From an uncultured bacterium (GTDB lineage Bacteria > Acidobacteriota > Thermoanaerobaculia > Multivoradales > JAHZIX01), in assembly GCA_965368975.1 (NCBI GenBank), contig CBDUPA010000012.1, positions 32,001 to 96,000 of the forward strand: a DNA stretch of 64,000 nt, written 5' to 3'. This document shows, piece after piece, positions 19,470-31,205 of this stretch; position 1 is the first letter of the stretch, and every line of letters starts with the position of its first letter. The notes under the pieces are model-generated. The model saw nothing but the letters and a program-made list of their open reading frames with translations. It was not told where the DNA came from and ran no database searches. Made by a program: the position numbers and the translations under genes.

Positions 19470-20567
19470 ATGACTCGAGACGAATTAGAAACCCTACGCG
19501 AAGGATGGGACTTCGAGGCCGAGCGGGCAGGTGGCCGTAGTGGTGGAGGTGAGCTTCCGGCTTCGCTGTGGGAAACCTACAGCGCCATGGCTGTGAGTGA
19601 GCCGCGCAATCCGGCGCTGCAGCGGTTGTTCGAGCTTCTCCGCCTGGGTGAGCGTGAAGGTTCGGGTGGGCCGACCATGCGTCGTGTCTGGCGGGAGCAG
19701 CACTGGCGAGCGCCGAGAATTTGGGAAGATGTGGAGAACAATGAAACTCATCTCCAACCGCCGCTCGAGAGTCTCCTGCCGGAGGTGGCGGTCGAGGCTC
19801 TGGTGGAGCGTTGGGGAGATGACTTCAAAGGGCAAGACGAACTCGGGCGCATCATTCTCGTCACGGCCGAGGCCGAAGGGAGTACCAGTCATGGGCGCAT
19901 CCGGGAGCTGAGCGACGCACACCCTCATGACATCACACAGAAGCTGCGGGAGTTGGTCCGGTCAGGAATGCTGGAGTCACAGGGCCGGACCAGGAACATG
20001 ACCTACTGGCCCAAGTCCTCTTCGAGAAGAAAATTGACGACTGCGTCTCTTTTCCCTTCGAATCTGAGTCTGCCCCTGGAAGACGCCAGCTCTACCCAAA
20101 GCAGTTCGAGCTCTACCCAAAGCGGTTTGAACTCTACCCAAAGTGGCTCACGCCTACCCCAAAGCCTACCCCAAAGTGGCTCAAGCCCCTCCCAAAGTAG
20201 CTCGAGGTACCGGCAGAACTTGGTGGACGATTCACGGCCGCAGCTGAGCCAGGACTCGCACCAGGCCGAGCCGGATGCTGGCAGAGAGTACGAGGTGGCA
20301 CGTCCTGATCCTGTAGCGGAAGTTGCTACGAGTGGCTGGGCGCCGGCCAGTAAGGTTCGCTCTGCCATTCTGACGCTGTGTAAGCAGGGTTTTCAGTCTG
20401 CAAGCGAGCTTGCAAGCAATCTGAACCGAGAGGCCAAGACGCTGCGGCAGAACTATTTGTCGAAGATGTACGCTGAAGGGAAGCTCGAGGTTCTCTATCC
20501 GGAAACCCCGAGTCATCCAGAGCAGAAGTACCGGGCAGTCCAGTCGCCAGAGACCAACAAACCATGA
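19470..20567 (+). CDS. AlbA_2/HATPase_c_4/wHTH-type protein with a large in-frame internal deletion (possible pseudogene)
   Basis: EGWDFEA...LPASLWETYSAMA is joined directly to SEPRNPALQRLF...GEREGSG; C-terminal wHTH with YPETPSHPEQKYR. Confidence 0.7.
   Translation: MTRDELETLREGWDFEAERAGGRSGGGELPASLWETYSAMAVSEPRNPALQRLFELLRLGEREGSGGPTMRRVWREQHWRAPRIWEDVENNETHLQPPLESLLPEVAVEALVERWGDDFKGQDELGRIILVTAEAEGSTSHGRIRELSDAHPHDITQKLRELVRSGMLESQGRTRNMTYWPKSSSRRKLTTASLFPSNLSLPLEDASSTQSSSSSTQSGLNSTQSGSRLPQSLPQSGSSPSQSSSRYRQNLVDDSRPQLSQDSHQAEPDAGREYEVARPDPVAEVATSGWAPASKVRSAILTLCKQGFQSASELASNLNREAKTLRQNYLSKMYAEGKLEVLYPETPSHPEQKYRAVQSPETNKP
20088..20204 (+). repeat. Degenerate ~21-bp tandem repeat encoding an S/T/Q linker
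   Basis: Units AGCTCTACCCAAAGCAGTTCG, AGCTCTACCCAAAGCGGTTTG, AACTCTACCCAAAGTGGCTCA and further degenerate copies. Confidence 0.8.
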
Positions 20568-23500
20568 CCCGCCACACTGAAGCCGCCTTCGAGGCCGTGA
20601 TCGAAAAGAACTTCCTCGACCACGGCTATGCCGAGATTCCGCCCGGCCCCGATAGCTACGACGCCGAAATCGCACTGTTCCCGCGCGTCGTCCTCGACTT
20701 CATCCAGGACACCCAGCCCACCACCTGGTCCAAGCTGCAAGCCCTGCACGGCGACAAGACCGGCAAGCAAGTCCTCGACGCGCTGGTCAAGTGGTTGCGC
20801 GACCATGGCGCTCTGTCGACACTGCGCCACGGCTTCAAGTGCTACGGCAAGAAGCTGCGCCTGGCGTATTTCAAGGCCGCCCACGGCATGAACCCGCAGC
20901 TCGAAGAGCTGTACGCCAAGAACCGGGTGGGCGTGACGCGGCAGTTGCGCTACTCGGCGCGATCGCGGGACTCGCTGGACATGGTGCTGAGCGTCAATGG
21001 CTTGCCGCTGGTCACCCTGGAACTGAAGAATCCGCTCACCGGCCAGGGCTTCGAAGACGCCAAGACGCAATACAAGCGTGATCGAGATCCGCGCGAGCTG
21101 ATCTTCGAGTTCCAGCGTCGCACCCTGGTGCACTTCGCAGTCGACACCGAGCAGGTGGCCATGGCCACCCGGCTGGCGCGCGAAGCGACGTATTTTCTGC
21201 CCTTCAACAAAGGGCACGACGGCGGCGCTGGGAACCCTCCGAACTCCCGGGACTATCGCACCGCCTACCTGTGGCGGGACGTGCTGCAGCGCGATTCTCT
21301 GCTCGACCTGCTGGCCCGCTTCATCCACCTGCAGGTCGACGAGAAGCGCGACGACGCCGGGTGCAAGGTGAAGAAGGAAACCATGATCTTCCCGCGCTAC
21401 CACCAGCTGCGAGCGGTGCGCAAGTTGGTGCGGCTGGCGCGCGAGGAGGGGGTGGGGCACAACTATCTGGTGGAGCACTCAGCGGGCAGCGGCAAGAGCA
21501 ACACCATCGCATGGCTCAGCCATCGCCTGGCGTCGCTCCACGACGTGCAGGACGAACGAGTGTTCGACAGCGTCATCGTGGTCACCGATCGACGCGTGCT
21601 CGATCGCCAGCTGCAGGACACCATCTACCAGTTCGAACACAAGCGCGGTGTGGTGCAGAAGATCGACCGCGACTCGAGGCAGCTGGCCGAGGCGCTGGAG
21701 TCGGCGGTGCCGATCATCATCACCACGCTGCAGAAGTTCCCTTTCGTGTCCAAGAAGCTGGTCGAGCTGGCCGAGAAGCGCGGCGAAGCGGCTAGCGGTG
21801 TGTTGCCGACGCGGCGCTGCGCGGTGGTGATCGATGAGGCGCACAGCTCGCAGGGCGGCGACGCGGCGACCGACCTGCGCGAGGTCCTGGGTGGCGAGCA
21901 GCTGCGAACCGAGGCGCGGCGGGCGGCGAGGGAGGAGGTCGAAGAGGGGGTCGAGTCAGAAGCAGGGCTGGATTCGCAGGCGATGGAAGAGCTGTTCCGC
22001 AGCATGGCCAAGCGCGGCCGTCAGGCCAATCTCTGCTTCTTCGCCTTCACCGCCACGCCCAAGCACAAGACGCTGAAGGTCTTCGGCCGCGACGGCGAGC
22101 CGGTGGACCGCTACACTATGCGCCAGGCGATCGAGGAGGAATTCATTCTCGACGTGCTTCAGCACTACACCACCTACAAGACCTACTACGGCCTGCTCAA
22201 GGCGTCCGAGGACGATCCCGAGGTCGAGCGCAAGAAGGCGGCGCGGGCGCTGGCGCGCTTCCTGAAACTGCATCCGCACAACATCGCGCAGAAGACGGCG
22301 ATCATGGTGGAGCACTTCGAGAAGTCCACCCGGCACAGGATCGGTGGCCGCGCCAAGGCCATGGTGGTCACCGGTTCGCGACTCGAGGCGGTGCGCTACA
22401 AACAGCACTTCGACAAGTACATCCGCGCCAAGAACTACGCCATCCAGAGCCTGGTGGCGTTCTCCGGCACGGTGGTGGACGATGTCGACGAGAGCGTCAC
22501 CTACACCGAGGAATCGATGAACTTCGGCGTGCGCGACAAGGAACTGCCCGAGGTCTTCGCGACGCCCGAGTTCCAGGTGCTGCTGGTGGCCGAGAAGTAC
22601 CAGACCGGCTTCGACCAGCCGCTGCTGCACACCATGTTCGTGGACAAGCGGCTGGCCGGCATCCAGGCGGTGCAGACCCTGTCGCGCCTGAACAGGACGC
22701 ACCCGTTGAAGGAAGACACCTTCGTGCTCGACTTCGTCAACGAGCGCGACGACATCCGCGCCGCCTTCAAGCAGTTTTACGAGGGTGCCCTGCTCGGCGA
22801 CGAGGTGGAGCCGGAGCGCATGTACCAGCTGAAGGCGGAGCTGGACGCCTCGGGCATCTACCTGCACGAGGAGTTGGACGCCTTCTGCGCCGTCTACTTC
22901 AAGTCCAAGCGGCGCCAGAGCGAGAAGGACCACAAAGCGATCAACGCGGCGCTTGGGCTGGCGGTGGGCCGCTTCGAGGGGTTCTACCGGGAGGAAGAAG
23001 AGGAGGCCGAGATCTGGCGCGGCAAGCTGGGGGCGTTCTGCAACCTCTACGCCTTCCTGAGCCAGGTGATCCCGTACCAGGACTCGGACCTGGAGAAGAC
23101 CTACGTCTTCCTGCGTCACCTGTCGTCCAAGTTGCCGCGCCGCGCTGCCGGGCCGGCTTACCAGTTCGACGACGAGGTGCGCCTGGAGTACTACCGGCTG
23201 CAGAAGATCGCCGAGGGTTCGATCTCGCTGAGCGAAGGCGAAGCGGCGCCCCTGGACGGGCCGTCCGAGGTGGGCAGCGGCCTGCCACGGCGCGAGGACG
23301 TGCCGCTGTCGCGCCTGATCGACGTGCTCAACGAGCGCTTCGGCACCGATTTCAACGAAGCCGACCAGCTGTTCTTCGAGCAGATCGAAGAGACCGCCGC
23401 CGGCGATGAGCACCTGCGGCAGGCCGCCGTGGTCAATCCGCAGGACAAATTCGAGCTGGTATTTCAGCAGCGCGTCGAGGGTCTGTTCGAGGAGCGCATG

Positions 23501-23644
23501 GAGCAGAACGAAGAGATCTACCTGCGCTACATGAACACTCCGGAATTCCAGCGCGAGATCAACAGGCTGCTGGCCGCCCAGGTCTACCGTCGCTTGCGAC
23601 GCGACGACGCGACGGCGGCTGGCGGCACACGGCGGTGCGCCTGA
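20564..23644 (+). CDS. hsdR: Type I restriction endonuclease subunit R
   Basis: DMVLSVNGLPLVTLELKN nuclease motif; HSAGSGKS, IDEAH, FTATP, TGFDQP and QTLSRLNR helicase motifs. Confidence 0.95.
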   Translation: MTRHTEAAFEAVIEKNFLDHGYAEIPPGPDSYDAEIALFPRVVLDFIQDTQPTTWSKLQALHGDKTGKQVLDALVKWLRDHGALSTLRHGFKCYGKKLRLAYFKAAHGMNPQLEELYAKNRVGVTRQLRYSARSRDSLDMVLSVNGLPLVTLELKNPLTGQGFEDAKTQYKRDRDPRELIFEFQRRTLVHFAVDTEQVAMATRLAREATYFLPFNKGHDGGAGNPPNSRDYRTAYLWRDVLQRDSLLDLLARFIHLQVDEKRDDAGCKVKKETMIFPRYHQLRAVRKLVRLAREEGVGHNYLVEHSAGSGKSNTIAWLSHRLASLHDVQDERVFDSVIVVTDRRVLDRQLQDTIYQFEHKRGVVQKIDRDSRQLAEALESAVPIIITTLQKFPFVSKKLVELAEKRGEAASGVLPTRRCAVVIDEAHSSQGGDAATDLREVLGGEQLRTEARRAAREEVEEGVESEAGLDSQAMEELFRSMAKRGRQANLCFFAFTATPKHKTLKVFGRDGEPVDRYTMRQAIEEEFILDVLQHYTTYKTYYGLLKASEDDPEVERKKAARALARFLKLHPHNIAQKTAIMVEHFEKSTRHRIGGRAKAMVVTGSRLEAVRYKQHFDKYIRAKNYAIQSLVAFSGTVVDDVDESVTYTEESMNFGVRDKELPEVFATPEFQVLLVAEKYQTGFDQPLLHTMFVDKRLAGIQAVQTLSRLNRTHPLKEDTFVLDFVNERDDIRAAFKQFYEGALLGDEVEPERMYQLKAELDASGIYLHEELDAFCAVYFKSKRRQSEKDHKAINAALGLAVGRFEGFYREEEEEAEIWRGKLGAFCNLYAFLSQVIPYQDSDLEKTYVFLRHLSSKLPRRAAGPAYQFDDEVRLEYYRLQKIAEGSISLSEGEAAPLDGPSEVGSGLPRREDVPLSRLIDVLNERFGTDFNEADQLFFEQIEETAAGDEHLRQAAVVNPQDKFELVFQQRVEGLFEERMEQNEEIYLRYMNTPEFQREINRLLAAQVYRRLRRDDATAAGGTRRCA

Positions 23645-23745
23645 AGCCGGACTCGGACGACCCGTCGTTCCAGCCGATCGAGCTACGGCCCGAACAGGCC
23701 GAGGAACTGGCGATCGTCGCCGAGCTGGTCGAAGTGCTGGGCTGA
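23611..23745 (+). pseudogene. Out-of-frame C-terminal remnant of an S24-like domain after hsdR
   Basis: Alternative frame reads DGGWRHTAVRLKPDSDDPSFQPIELRPEQAEELAIVAELVEVLG* with coding-like codon usage. Confidence 0.55.
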
Positions 23746-23755
23746 GCAGCGCCGA

Positions 23756-25126
23756 CTAACCCGCCGCTCCTACCACGACGCACACCGCCGTCTGGTCATC
23801 CTCCGGAGGCTCGTCGTTGCCCTGGTGCTCCTGCACCAGCTGGAACAGACTCTCGACGTACTGCTCCGGATCGAGCGTGCCCTTCGAGGCGCGGACGGCG
23901 TCGCGGAAGTGGCTCTGGACGCGGCCCAGGCCCAACTCAGGGCCTCGGTTGGGGCCGAAGTAGTCTTCCTCGGCCTTGGCCGCTTCGACCAGTCCATCAG
24001 TGAGCAGCAGGAGCGCGTCACCGGGGGCGAGGTCGCGTTCGATTGTTCTGTAGTGGGCCTTGCCGGTGAGTCCCAGGCCCAGGGCGCCAGCCTTGACGCG
24101 CTCGACGGTGTTGCTGCGGGTGCTGTAGTGCAGCAGTGGTAGGTGCCCGGCGTCGACGACTTCGGCGTAGGTGCGATCCTCGCGGACGTGCAGACGCACG
24201 GCGCATAGGGTGGCGTACATTTGCTTGGTGGAGTGCGCGTGTAGGTTGCGGTCGAGGGCGGCGGTGAGAGTGTGCAGGTTGGCTCGGTGGTGGACTTCCG
24301 CCTGCAGGGCGCCCTTGAGCAGCGCCATCAGCAGGCCAGCGCCGGTGCCGTGACCGCTGACGTCGCTGACCGCGGCGATCAGGCGCACATCTTCGCCCTC
24401 GTCCGGTTCCAGCTCGACGACATCGAAACCGTCGCCGCCGACCTCCAGAGCCAGCCGGCTGCGGGCATAGACGCGCAACGGGCCGTGCTCGAGTGACACG
24501 GGCGGAATCAGGCGGTCTTGGATCTGGCCGGCGAGTTCCAGGTCGAGTTCGCGGCGGGCGGCGGTGGTGTGCAGGCGGCGGGTGATGCGGACGATCCAGC
24601 GCAGGCTGACCGTGATGGCGATGACCACTAGGGGGCCGCTTGCAACCGCCCAAGCACCTACCGTACGCAGGGTGTCTACGGCTACGTCGTTGCCCAGGAC
24701 TTCGATGCTGGGCACGGGCGCCGGGGGCTCCTCGACGGGGTCTGCTGACATCTCTCGCTGCTTGCGCTGGTAGGCAAGAACGCTGCTCAGGATGACTCCG
24801 GCCGAGAACAAGGTTCCGGCCACGATCCAAGAGATCCTGGCGGCGTGTCGCTGCGCCTTGGGGAAGAGGATGAACCAGACGTAGAAGCTACTGACGTAGG
24901 AGGACACGACGATCAGCACGATCGTGGCGAGTTGTGCCCGAGGAACCGGCGGTACGAAGTAGAGCGCCGTCGGAATCGCGGCTGCCGCCATGACCGTGAC
25001 GAACAGCAAGAAGGCGAAGGTAGCGCGTAGGCGGTCCGCCAGGCGCAAATGGTAGAAGGCCTCGTAGTCGTCCTCGGTGAAGCCTAGAAAGTCCACCCGC
25101 AGATAGTGGCCCCAGCTTTTCTTCAT
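23756..25126 (-). CDS. PP2C/SpoIIE (RsbU-like) serine phosphatase with N-terminal transmembrane region
   Basis: LELAGQIQ, VGGDGFD, DVSGHG, LLLLTDGLVEA, EDDQT. Confidence 0.92.
   Translation of the reverse strand: MKKSWGHYLRVDFLGFTEDDYEAFYHLRLADRLRATFAFLLFVTVMAAAAIPTALYFVPPVPRAQLATIVLIVVSSYVSSFYVWFILFPKAQRHAARISWIVAGTLFSAGVILSSVLAYQRKQREMSADPVEEPPAPVPSIEVLGNDVAVDTLRTVGAWAVASGPLVVIAITVSLRWIVRITRRLHTTAARRELDLELAGQIQDRLIPPVSLEHGPLRVYARSRLALEVGGDGFDVVELEPDEGEDVRLIAAVSDVSGHGTGAGLLMALLKGALQAEVHHRANLHTLTAALDRNLHAHSTKQMYATLCAVRLHVREDRTYAEVVDAGHLPLLHYSTRSNTVERVKAGALGLGLTGKAHYRTIERDLAPGDALLLLTDGLVEAAKAEEDYFGPNRGPELGLGRVQSHFRDAVRASKGTLDPEQYVESLFQLVQEHQGNDEPPEDDQTAVCVVVGAAG
23770..23812 (+). repeat. 43-bp direct repeat, right copy, inside the 3' end of the PP2C gene
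   Basis: CTACCACGACGCACACCGCCGTCTGGTCATCCTCCGGAGGCTC; encodes EPPEDDQTAVCVVV on the minus strand. Confidence 0.85.
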
Positions 25127-25139
25127 CTCTTGAGATTCC

Positions 25140-28685
<3,546 letters not shown>

Positions 28686-28806
28686 GGGGTGTCGAGGCTC
28701 CGGTGGCGTGGGTGGAGGAGTGGTTGCCGAATCAGGGATTCGGGAGAGGTAAGGCTACCGGATTTGGGGGGATGGCGGCTAGGGAGGGGGGGGAGCTAGC
28801 AACCGG

Positions 28807-28833
28807 CGGCGGGCCCCGACGCGGAGCCCGCCG
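28807..28833 (-). terminator. GC-rich hairpin immediately downstream of the small peptide gene
   Basis: CGGCGGGC (28807-28814) / GCCCGCCG (28826-28833); U-tract is weak. Confidence 0.5.
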
Positions 28834-28842
28834 AGCGTCACA

Positions 28843-28998
28843 TCAGTACACCGTGCTCATGCACGCTTCCGCGTCCGAGCAGGTACCGATCGGGGTCGTC
28901 GGCAGGGCGCCTTGGACTTCGATCAGCTCGTTTTCGGACAGCTTGCGCAAGGTTTCGCGGTGCAGTTCGAGCTTGGTGTGCTTCGATTTCGTCCTCAT
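28843..28998 (-). CDS. Putative RiPP (class I lanthipeptide-like) precursor, 51 aa
   Basis: AGGAGG RBS; MRTKSKHTKLELHRETLRKLSENELIEVQGA|LPTTPIGTCSDAEACMSTVY; LxLxxET leader, ELxxVxGA double-Gly-type site, Ser/Thr/Cys core. Shorter than any ORF in the track. Confidence 0.75.
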   Translation of the reverse strand: MRTKSKHTKLELHRETLRKLSENELIEVQGALPTTPIGTCSDAEACMSTVY

Positions 28999-29197
28999 GA
29001 CGTCCTCCTGTGGACAGATGGTTGGAACGGAGATGAGCCGAATGCTATCACCGCGGAAGCGACGGCTCTGACGGTCGAAGGTGGGGGGCGCAAGGAGTCT
29101 CGCTTGAATCCGGGGCTACCGTCGGGTTCTCGAGGCTCTGGAGCGGCCCGCGCCTCGAGGTGAAGAGAGAGGTCGCGGACTGATAGGCTGCGACGTC

Positions 29198-30121
29198 ATG
29201 TCCACCACCACCCCCGTCATCCAGGCGACCGACCTGCGCAAGACCTATGGCAAGCTCGTCGCCGTCGACGGTGTGTCGTTCGAGGTCTACGAGGGCGAGA
29301 TCTTCGGCCTGATCGGCCCCAACGGGGCTGGCAAGACGACGACGATGGAGTGCATCGAGGGTATCCGCAAGCCGGACAGCGGCTCGGTCTCGGTGCTCTC
29401 GCTCGACCCGTGGCAGGACGCGCGGGCGGTGCAGAATCGCATCGGTGTGCAGTTGCAGCAGGCGCAGTTGCAGAAGCGGATCAAGGTGTGGGAGGCGATC
29501 GATCTGTGGGCGTCGCTGTACTCGTCGGCGATCGACACCGAAGTGCTGCTGGAGCGATTGGGCCTGACCGCCAAGCGCGACGCCTGGTTCATGACGCTCT
29601 CGGGCGGGCAGAAGCAGCGGCTGTTCATTGCGCTGGCGCTGATCCACGACCCGGAGGTCGTCTTCCTCGACGAACTCACTACCGGCCTCGACCCGCAAGC
29701 GCGGCATGCGATCTGGGATCTGGTGCGCGGGATCAAGGCGCGCGGCCGGACGGTGTTCTTGACCACGCACCTGATGGAGGAGGCGGAGCGGCTGTGCGAT
29801 CGCGTGGCGTTGATCGAGCATGGACGCCTGATCGCCATGGACACGCCGGCCGGCCTGGTGCGGGCGCACTGCCCGCAGCGGACGGTGCGGCTGACCAGCG
29901 ACGTGGTGCGGGCAGAAGACGTCTTCGACGGTATCCCGGGGCTCGACGGGCGGGCGGTCGAAGGGGCAACCTTCACCCTGCGCGGCCGGGGTGACGACTT
30001 CGTCTCGGCGGTGATCCACCGCGTGTCCGAGCACTCGATCCGGGTGCGCGACTTCCACACCGAGCTGCCGTCGCTCGAGGATGTCTTCCTGAAACTGACC
30101 GGCCGGTCGATTCGGGACTAG
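29198..30121 (+). CDS. ABC-2 exporter ATP-binding protein
   Basis: GPNGAGKT, LSGGQ, FLDE, TTH; C-terminal SLEDVFLKLTG. Confidence 0.95.
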   Translation: MSTTTPVIQATDLRKTYGKLVAVDGVSFEVYEGEIFGLIGPNGAGKTTTMECIEGIRKPDSGSVSVLSLDPWQDARAVQNRIGVQLQQAQLQKRIKVWEAIDLWASLYSSAIDTEVLLERLGLTAKRDAWFMTLSGGQKQRLFIALALIHDPEVVFLDELTTGLDPQARHAIWDLVRGIKARGRTVFLTTHLMEEAERLCDRVALIEHGRLIAMDTPAGLVRAHCPQRTVRLTSDVVRAEDVFDGIPGLDGRAVEGATFTLRGRGDDFVSAVIHRVSEHSIRVRDFHTELPSLEDVFLKLTGRSIRD

Positions 30122-30139
30122 GGAAGGGCCAGGGAATCC

Positions 30140-30886
30140 ATGCTACGAGGTTTGCTGCAACTCACCTGGGTCGAGATCAAGGTCTTCCTGCGCGAGCCGA
30201 TGGGCGCCATCGGCACCATTGCCATCCCGGTCGGCGTCTTCTTGATCCTCGGCAAGCTCTTCCAGAAGCGTGCCGACGTCAATCCCCAGGTCGCCGAATT
30301 CGTGGCCACCGGCCTGCCCGTGTTCGCCACTATCCTGATCGCGCTGAGCAACGTGCTGTCGCTGATCGCCATCATCTCGATCTACCGCGAAGGCGGCATC
30401 CTCAAGCGCTTGCGTGCCACGCCGCTGCAACCGCAGACCATCCTCACCGCGCACGTCATCGTCAAGCTGCTGCTCACCACCGCCACGCTGATCCTGCTGG
30501 TGATGGCGGGCAAGACCTTCTACCAGGGCGAGCTGCAGGTCCACCCGCTCAGCTTTGCGCTGGCGATGCTGGTCAGCATGGTGAGCATCTTGTCGATCGG
30601 CTTCGTCATCGCCAGCCTGGTGCCTACGGCCCGCTTCGCGCAGCCGGTCGGGGCGATGACGCTCTACCCGATGCTCGGCTTCTCGGGTCTGTTCGTTCCC
30701 CTCGACCGCTTCCCTGAGTCAATCCAGACCTTCGCCAACTTCCTGCCGCTGACCCATGCCACCCAGCTGCTGGAGGGGATCTGGACCGGCGGCGCCTGGG
30801 CGGACCACGGTTGGAACGTCGCGGCGCTGGCGATCAACTTTGTGGTCTGCGTCGCGGTGGCGGGGAAGGTGTTTCGCTGGGAGTAG
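30140..30886 (+). CDS. ABC-2 exporter permease
   Basis: Six hydrophobic segments; YREGGILKRLRATP, FSGLFVP, C-terminal FRWE. Confidence 0.93.
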   Translation: MLRGLLQLTWVEIKVFLREPMGAIGTIAIPVGVFLILGKLFQKRADVNPQVAEFVATGLPVFATILIALSNVLSLIAIISIYREGGILKRLRATPLQPQTILTAHVIVKLLLTTATLILLVMAGKTFYQGELQVHPLSFALAMLVSMVSILSIGFVIASLVPTARFAQPVGAMTLYPMLGFSGLFVPLDRFPESIQTFANFLPLTHATQLLEGIWTGGAWADHGWNVAALAINFVVCVAVAGKVFRWE

Positions 30887-30977
30887 GTCGGTATACTGAT
30901 CGAACCCACTTGCTCGAAGCGCCATTTGCTCGAAAAACCACTGCTACATCTGCTCGTTCGTAAGTCAGGAGTCCAGT

Positions 30978-31199
30978 ATGAAATCGATCCGCAACAAGAC
31001 CAACGGCCCCGTCCGTGTACCGCTGCCCAAGGGCAAGACGCTCTTCCTGAGCTTCAACGAGGTCGCAAACATTTCCGTCCACGACGCCGATCATCCGCCG
31101 CTCAAGAAGCTGATCGAGGAGGGCAAGGTCCAGTTGCTGGAAGACTCCGGCAACGAGGCCATCCCGGACGCGGGGCGCAAGCTGCCGTTCGGGGGGTAG
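30978..31199 (+). CDS. Small hypothetical protein (73 aa)
   Basis: AGGAG RBS, host-like codon usage, fills the gap between the permease and lhr. Confidence 0.7.
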   Translation: MKSIRNKTNGPVRVPLPKGKTLFLSFNEVANISVHDADHPPLKKLIEEGKVQLLEDSGNEAIPDAGRKLPFGG

Positions 31200-31205
31200 G
31201 TACGA

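Larger units (their letters stand above)
15310..23769. mobile_element. Direct-repeat-bounded genomic islet carrying a type I RM system; no integrase visible
   Basis: Flanked by the 43-bp repeats; cargo is a defence system with low-GC patches. Confidence 0.55.

Noticed and set aside
20088-20204. Regularly spaced CTCTACCCAAAG units resembling a CRISPR array
   Set aside because: Period of about 21 bp with no unique spacers, inside a CDS, and no cas genes; this is a coding tandem repeat.
28686-28840. T-box or other leader RNA upstream of ileS
   Set aside because: No T-box consensus or specifier stem found; the only clear hairpin follows the peptide gene.
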